DNA of 64,000 nucleotides, from the NCBI RefSeq assembly GCF_009914755.1, contig NC_060931.1; one strand, written 5' to 3'. This DNA comes from the human T2T-CHM13v2.0 reference genome, Homo sapiens. A program made the translations under genes and the position numbers. Positions within the stretch are counted from its first letter, which is position 1. Each line of letters opens with the position of its first letter. The notes beneath the pieces are model-generated. The model saw only the letters and a program-made list of their open reading frames with translations, was not told where the DNA came from and searched no databases. Positions 57,808 through 64,000 of the stretch are shown one piece after another.

Positions 57808-58253
57808 TGTGAAAGAAAAATATCTTGAATCCCCAAATCACTAAGCTAAAAGGAAAATTCAAGCTGAAACTCCTCAGGGCAAACCTGCCTCCCATTCCAT
57901 TCAAAGTCATCCTCTGCTCACTGAGATAGATGCATATTCTGATTGCCTCCTTTGGAAAGGCTTATCAGAAACTCAAAAGAATGCAACCACTTGTCCCTCA
58001 CCTACCTGTGACCTGGAAGCCCTCTCCCTGCTTCCAGTTGTCCCTGCCTTTCCGGATGAACCAATGTACTTCTTACATATATTGATGATATCTCATGTCT
58101 GCCTAAAATATATAAAACCAAGCAGTGCCCCAACTGCCTTGGGCACGTGTTGTTAGGACTTCCTGGGGTTGTGACACTGGTGCACATCTTCAACCTTAGT
58201 AAAATAAACTTTCTAAATTAACTGACACCCGTCTCAGATTTACTGGGTTTATA
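57808..58253 (+). mobile_element. MER4A-family ERV1 solo LTR
   Basis: tgtgaaagaaaaatatcttg...aatcactaagctaaa...; TATA-like tatataaaa and AATAAA; 4-bp TSD agaa/agaa. Confidence 0.82.
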
Positions 58254-58445
58254 AGAATTACAGACAAGGAACTGAGAACCTTCAATAGTTAAACAAAACA
58301 AAAACTCCTAAATATAGACACTACCTGTATAAATGAATGATGAGGCATCCCCAGGAAATATTCTGCTACTATCAAAAAGCATGAGGGGCTTTGTATACTG
58401 ATTTAGAAGCATAGTCACAATGTACAGTTAAAAGGAATCAAGCTC

Positions 58446-58750
<305 letters not shown>

Positions 58751-60619
58751 TCAAGGTCACATTTTAGGGGTCTAAAGTTCTTAAGCAGAAGATCACCAGT
58801 GAAAATTTCTCCCTGTTATAGAGAAGGTGTCTTCAACTTACACCAGGAATCTTCATTGATAAATCCAACAAGAACTGAGAGAAAAGAAATTCTGCTCTTG
58901 AATATCTGCCCCCTCCAGGCTGCAACCCGAAGGCTGTGCTCCATCTCCTGACGGCAAAATAGCGAGGGTCTGCAGCAGGCGTATGGAGCACTCAGCTAGG
59001 GAAGCGCCCCCGCCCCCATTGCCCTCTTCCACGCATCCTGGAAGGCCCCAGTGCTGCAGGAGAGCTCAGCGAAGGAGTCCAGCTGACTTCTGCACAGAGG
59101 GGCCTCCCCATCAGGCTCAGAGTCTGTCCACAGAGCCATAAAGGGCACCTGCTGGTGAGAGGTGACCTTGTGTCCAGGGAGCCTGGGACTGACTCTGGCA
59201 CCTGCGCCCCTAGCAGGCAGGTAAAGTGGCCCAGCGGTGCTGGCTCTGCCAACCTTGTCTCTGGATCTTGATTTGACACCTGTGAACAGCACTTCATCCA
59301 CTCACAGCATTAATTATTCACAGCAGAGAAATGAACCCAGAGGCAGCCAACAACACACGGTAATATAAGCACTTTAAAAAGAAGCTTCACGCTCCAACAG
59401 GAAACTTGGGAATAGGGCCTGAAAGCAGCCTGGTCAAAATCGATAGTGCTGGCAGGAATGGGCTCTGCCTCCTGCTGGATAAGCCCTGGACCCTGGGCTC
59501 CTCCAGGACAGGCCCTGCCTCCCTCATCGCTAACTTCCCATCATCCCTACACACTGGCTCCCTCCCACTTGAGTGGTGCTCTGGAAATTACAGGTACTAG
59601 GTAAGGCATGACACTGATGATCGTATTCCTTAATTCTGTTTCATGGATCCTATCTTCCCCTTATCCAGCGGTTTGACAACATGCAGCCATCCATTTTTTC
59701 CCTTCCATGCTCTCCTTTGAGCTTGGCAGTGTGTGAATTCCCTATCGTCTCAGTGGAGTTGACTTCCGAGAAGCTTCCCCACATTCTTTCCTTCAGTGGT
59801 ACCTAGATCTGAAGGAAAAACTAAAATAAGTGAGCAAACAGAACACCCAGAACCCAAATGCCCTGCAGCTCTGCCCCATCCATGTGACAGCCAGAGATGT
59901 GACCTAGTCATGCAAAAGACCTCTAAAGATGCTGCAGGCCCAGGGAGACTTAGCATCTCCTGGTGTCAGCTGCCAAGTCAGTAAAACTAGATGAGGATGG
60001 TCTTAGGGTTTCCCGGCATTCTGAGAATGGAGGTAAGTAAAGAACCACCTTTGGGGCCAAATCTTTTCCTCTTCCCAGCTCTTCAAAGGGCCACAGGGCT
60101 ATTTTCACTTTTAAATCATTGGTGTCAAGAATACTCAACCATTTCTAACCCACCCTCAATTTTCTGGGGGACAGAGATTCATTTCAATTCACAGTAACAA
60201 GAAATTTGCACATCTAAATAGCCAGCTCTCTCTGGCTTATTAAAGTCACATGAAACAGTCATCGTCTGAAGTCTGGGTAACTGTCAGAAAGCACCTGATT
60301 ATGTCTAAGGAGCCACAAGATCTGGTCCAGTGAAGCCAGGCTCCCAGATCCACCCCAGCGTCTGACTGGGAGCGGCGCCCTTTCTCACATCATCATGTCA
60401 GTACCAAGACCTGCAGAAGAAAAAAGACTCACTAGCTTGGAAGGAGAGATGAGGTGGTTGCTTTGTACTTGGCAAGCAGGCTGGACCCTTAATGAGCTAA
60501 AATCCATCTCCCATTTGTCGCTTGTCTCTGCTACAACACACATGCCTGCTCAGTCATTCATCTTTTATTTTCTAGGCTATAAATTATTCCCAGCAGCCAG
60601 CCAGGGTGTTGTGGAATAA

Positions 60620-60760
60620 GCGGGATGAGACCCTTGAAGGTGATCTAGCACAGGAAACGGGGGCCCAGAGAGGTTGGACATTTGCCCAAGATCACACTAC
60701 AACCTGATGGCATAGCAGGTCTAGAGACGATCTCTTGAACTCCAGCCCCTTAAATATTTT
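60620..60760 (-). mobile_element. MIR fragment
   Basis: ggaaacgggggcccagagagg...ttgcccaagatcacac. Confidence 0.55.
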
Positions 60761-63192
60761 CCATCCCCAAAGAATGCTTTCAGAATCACTCCGTCTCCAA
60801 CCCTCCTTAGGCCACCATTTGTCTCCGTTACTAAAGGTATACTGAGTGCCTTCTATGGGCCAGGCCCTGAAGGGCACAGAAGGTATAAAAATCAGCAAGA
60901 CAGGCTCCCAGTCTAGGGAGGAGACACACAGATGTTTTATTTCAGCAACAGTAAGTCCAGGGAAGGAGCATGGTACCCATGCACCAAAGAGGGGTATGGG
61001 CCACAGAGAGGGACACTCATCCCCAGCTCTCTGGAGATGACACCGCAGAGTGCTTAGGCAAGCACTCCACAAATGTCAGCCATTGCATTCCCAGGCTGTG
61101 TATCTGGCAGACTCTGTGTCTCAGCTAGTCTAGGACAACTTGGGGCCATCCTCTGCTCTGTCCTGCTGCAAAGGTAGATGCAAAGAAGTGGGCAGTCTCA
61201 GCTGTCCTTGTAGTGAGCTGGGGCCGTGCAGTGCTGCTGGAATGGGTTCTGCCTCCTGCTGGATAAGCCCTGGACCCTGTGTAACACACTTGCACCTCTG
61301 TCAGCTGTGGAGGAGCCTCCCGAGGTCTCTGTCCACACCCTGGCATACAGGCACGCCCTGTCACCTCCAGCCTGCTGCTGCCTCCCAAGCCACCGCCCTC
61401 TCTCTGCTCTTCCGCACACCCAAGTCCTCTCAGGGGTGGTGGCTGTAAGCTGGGTGGCCTCTGGGGGGCTGAGGAGCACCTGGGCTGGAAATCTCAATGG
61501 AGATGGTGACATTTCTTATAGTCACTGCTCCTGACCCAAGAGGCCTCCCACTACCCACAAAGAGGTGGTGGTGTCCATTCAGGCACCGAGGAAGGCCCAG
61601 GTAACCTCTGGCAGATATCAAAGATGGGCTGGGAAAGGCTGCCTCCCACAGCGTCCCCAAGAGCATGACTGGCAGCGAGGTGAGTTTGTCCCCTGCAGCA
61701 GAGGTCCCCAGGTAAAATCAGCGGACCCATCAGCCACCTCTGGGCACAGAACCCCCGGTCTTCTCCAAGCTCAGTGTTAAAATGTGCCAAAGGAAACTGC
61801 AAATATTAGGGAGAATACAGGCATCCCAAATAGTGACTGAGTCCTTACTCTGTATCTCACATGCACAGTAGTATTTATACTGCACAGCAACCCAGTGCAG
61901 CAGGCACCACGACCACACCTTTTTTAAGAAAACTGAAGCCGCAGGCTGAATAGCATCTGGAGCTACCTCCTCCCATGCCACTCCACTTCCCCTCTGTGCC
62001 ACAGGAGCAGCAGGCACAGCCTCTGTGACAGACAGGAGCTCCCTGTCACCTGATGAGGAGGATTCAATGCTCCCTGCAGACACCTGAACATCGGACTGAG
62101 TTCCCGCATGTGGACCTGCGTCTAGGCTCTTCTCTGACAAACGCCACCTTAGTCGGCAGCACTTTCTGGACTGACAGGGAAGTGTGCTGTTTGCTGCTTT
62201 GGATCCTGCAGGACATGCTCCTCGGTCAGTTCCTACCTTTATCTTCTCATCTCTGGGCTCCAGGAAGCTCACACGGTGGCCCCTGTTTCAGGCCGTGCTG
62301 GCAAAGGAGCTGAGGAAGCGAGGCCCAAGCAGAAGCTCAACTCGAGGAGAGAATGCAAGCCAAGGGGCGGGAGCTGCTGAGGCCACACAGCCACTTGCTA
62401 TTTTTAAATCACATGTTACTAAGAGCAGACACCTAGTAAGCCCTGAACAAAAGCACAGAAAGGCACATTTTAATCAGAGCTCTTGGAAGGGCAGCTTGCA
62501 ACAGGAAAGGCAGGTAGTGAAGGGAAGTGAAGGGGGAAAGAAACATTACTGGAGGGAACAGGAATGTGTTGCTTTTCTGTTCAGATCCCAAAGGGTCTTT
62601 TTCTTCAAAAATAAGAATATCTTGTTTATACATGTAATACACAGTCTTCCAGACCAATAATGGAAAAATATCAAATTAAGGAAATGAAATAAACCTTGAA
62701 GCAGGACAGGGTAGAAAGAGAGAGATCATTTAGCACAAAGAAATCAGAAGAGGTGAGAGTAATTTTGTATGTCTAGGTAGCTACAGTAGAAAACCTACAT
62801 TTCATTAAAAGAGCTCAGTCTCTGTTAGCTTACTAACTGGCACGCTGAAATGAAATGCAGGGACAGGCAGAGTAGGGAGAAGGCGGCTGCCACCTGGGAT
62901 TTCCGGTGAGACAAAATGAAATCAGATTATCAAATATAGGAGTAAAATCTCTACAACAAGTTTGCAACCTAGATGTTCCCTCCTCAATGCATTCCGCATG
63001 GTGAGTTACACTCACAAAACAGAGGTGTTGTTTGAAATATATTTTCTGCAGGGGAAGGAAAGAAAACAACCTCTAACAAAATAGGACACCACCTTGAGTC
63101 AACATATTTGTAAGGAATATCTGTTTTGGAGAATCTTAGCACTTTACCCAGGTGAAATGAAATGTAGAATATACTAGAAATGTACTTTTTAG

Positions 63193-63565
<373 letters not shown>

Positions 63566-64000
63566 TGATGTTGAAGATGCTTCAGAAATGACTAGTCACT
63601 CTCACATGACTATACCACTGCTGCATGAGGCATAGGTACCTTCCCTGTCCTGCACACCACAACGCACCACAACTGACACGTCGTGGGCCCTCCACAGACA
63701 CCTGTGGATGGAATGAATGAAGTGCAGCCATCACCATCCCCGGGACAGCACCCTGCACACTGGCCATGTGTCCAGAGGCCAGGCCGGCAGCAGTGTGCAA
63801 TGGCAGCCCGCCAGCCTCTCCTGCATCCCCACCGCCTGAGGCCCCCAGCAGCAGGGCGAGCTGGGCTGGATGTGAGTCTCCTGTACCTGCACTGCCTTCT
63901 CCACCAAGGCAGCAGAAACCACAGTGGGCTTCAGAGATCAAAAATAATGTACCCCTCAAGGTTAACTCTAGGGCAGCTGTGCCTCCTGCAGGTCAAGCAC

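Overview
Human genomic DNA covering the 3' part of VOPP1 (ECOP, vesicular overexpressed in cancer prosurvival protein 1; from recall chr7p11.2, near EGFR/LANCL2) on the minus strand. Three coding exons were read directly: 43997-43920 (78 nt), 38727-38591 (137 nt) and a terminal exon starting at 19355 (stop at 19165, ~2.25 kb 3'UTR, tandem AATAAA at 16931-16942). The first two exons lie beyond the window. The rest is intron or 3' flank dominated by transposable elements: an ~11 kb nested L1 complex (1-11.5 kb), many Alus including an AluYa5, MaLR/ERV LTRs (MLT1, MER39, MER4) and DNA transposon relics (Tigger2, MER1B, MADE1). Nearly all ORFs in the supplied track are spurious or L1/Alu-derived. 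The most interesting observation is a 168-codon alternative reading frame that starts at the first base of exon 3, stays open across both splice junctions and begins with a signal-peptide-like segment. It is a candidate only; nothing here demonstrates a new biological system. Repeat subfamily names come from recognising consensus sequences by eye and need RepeatMasker/Dfam confirmation.
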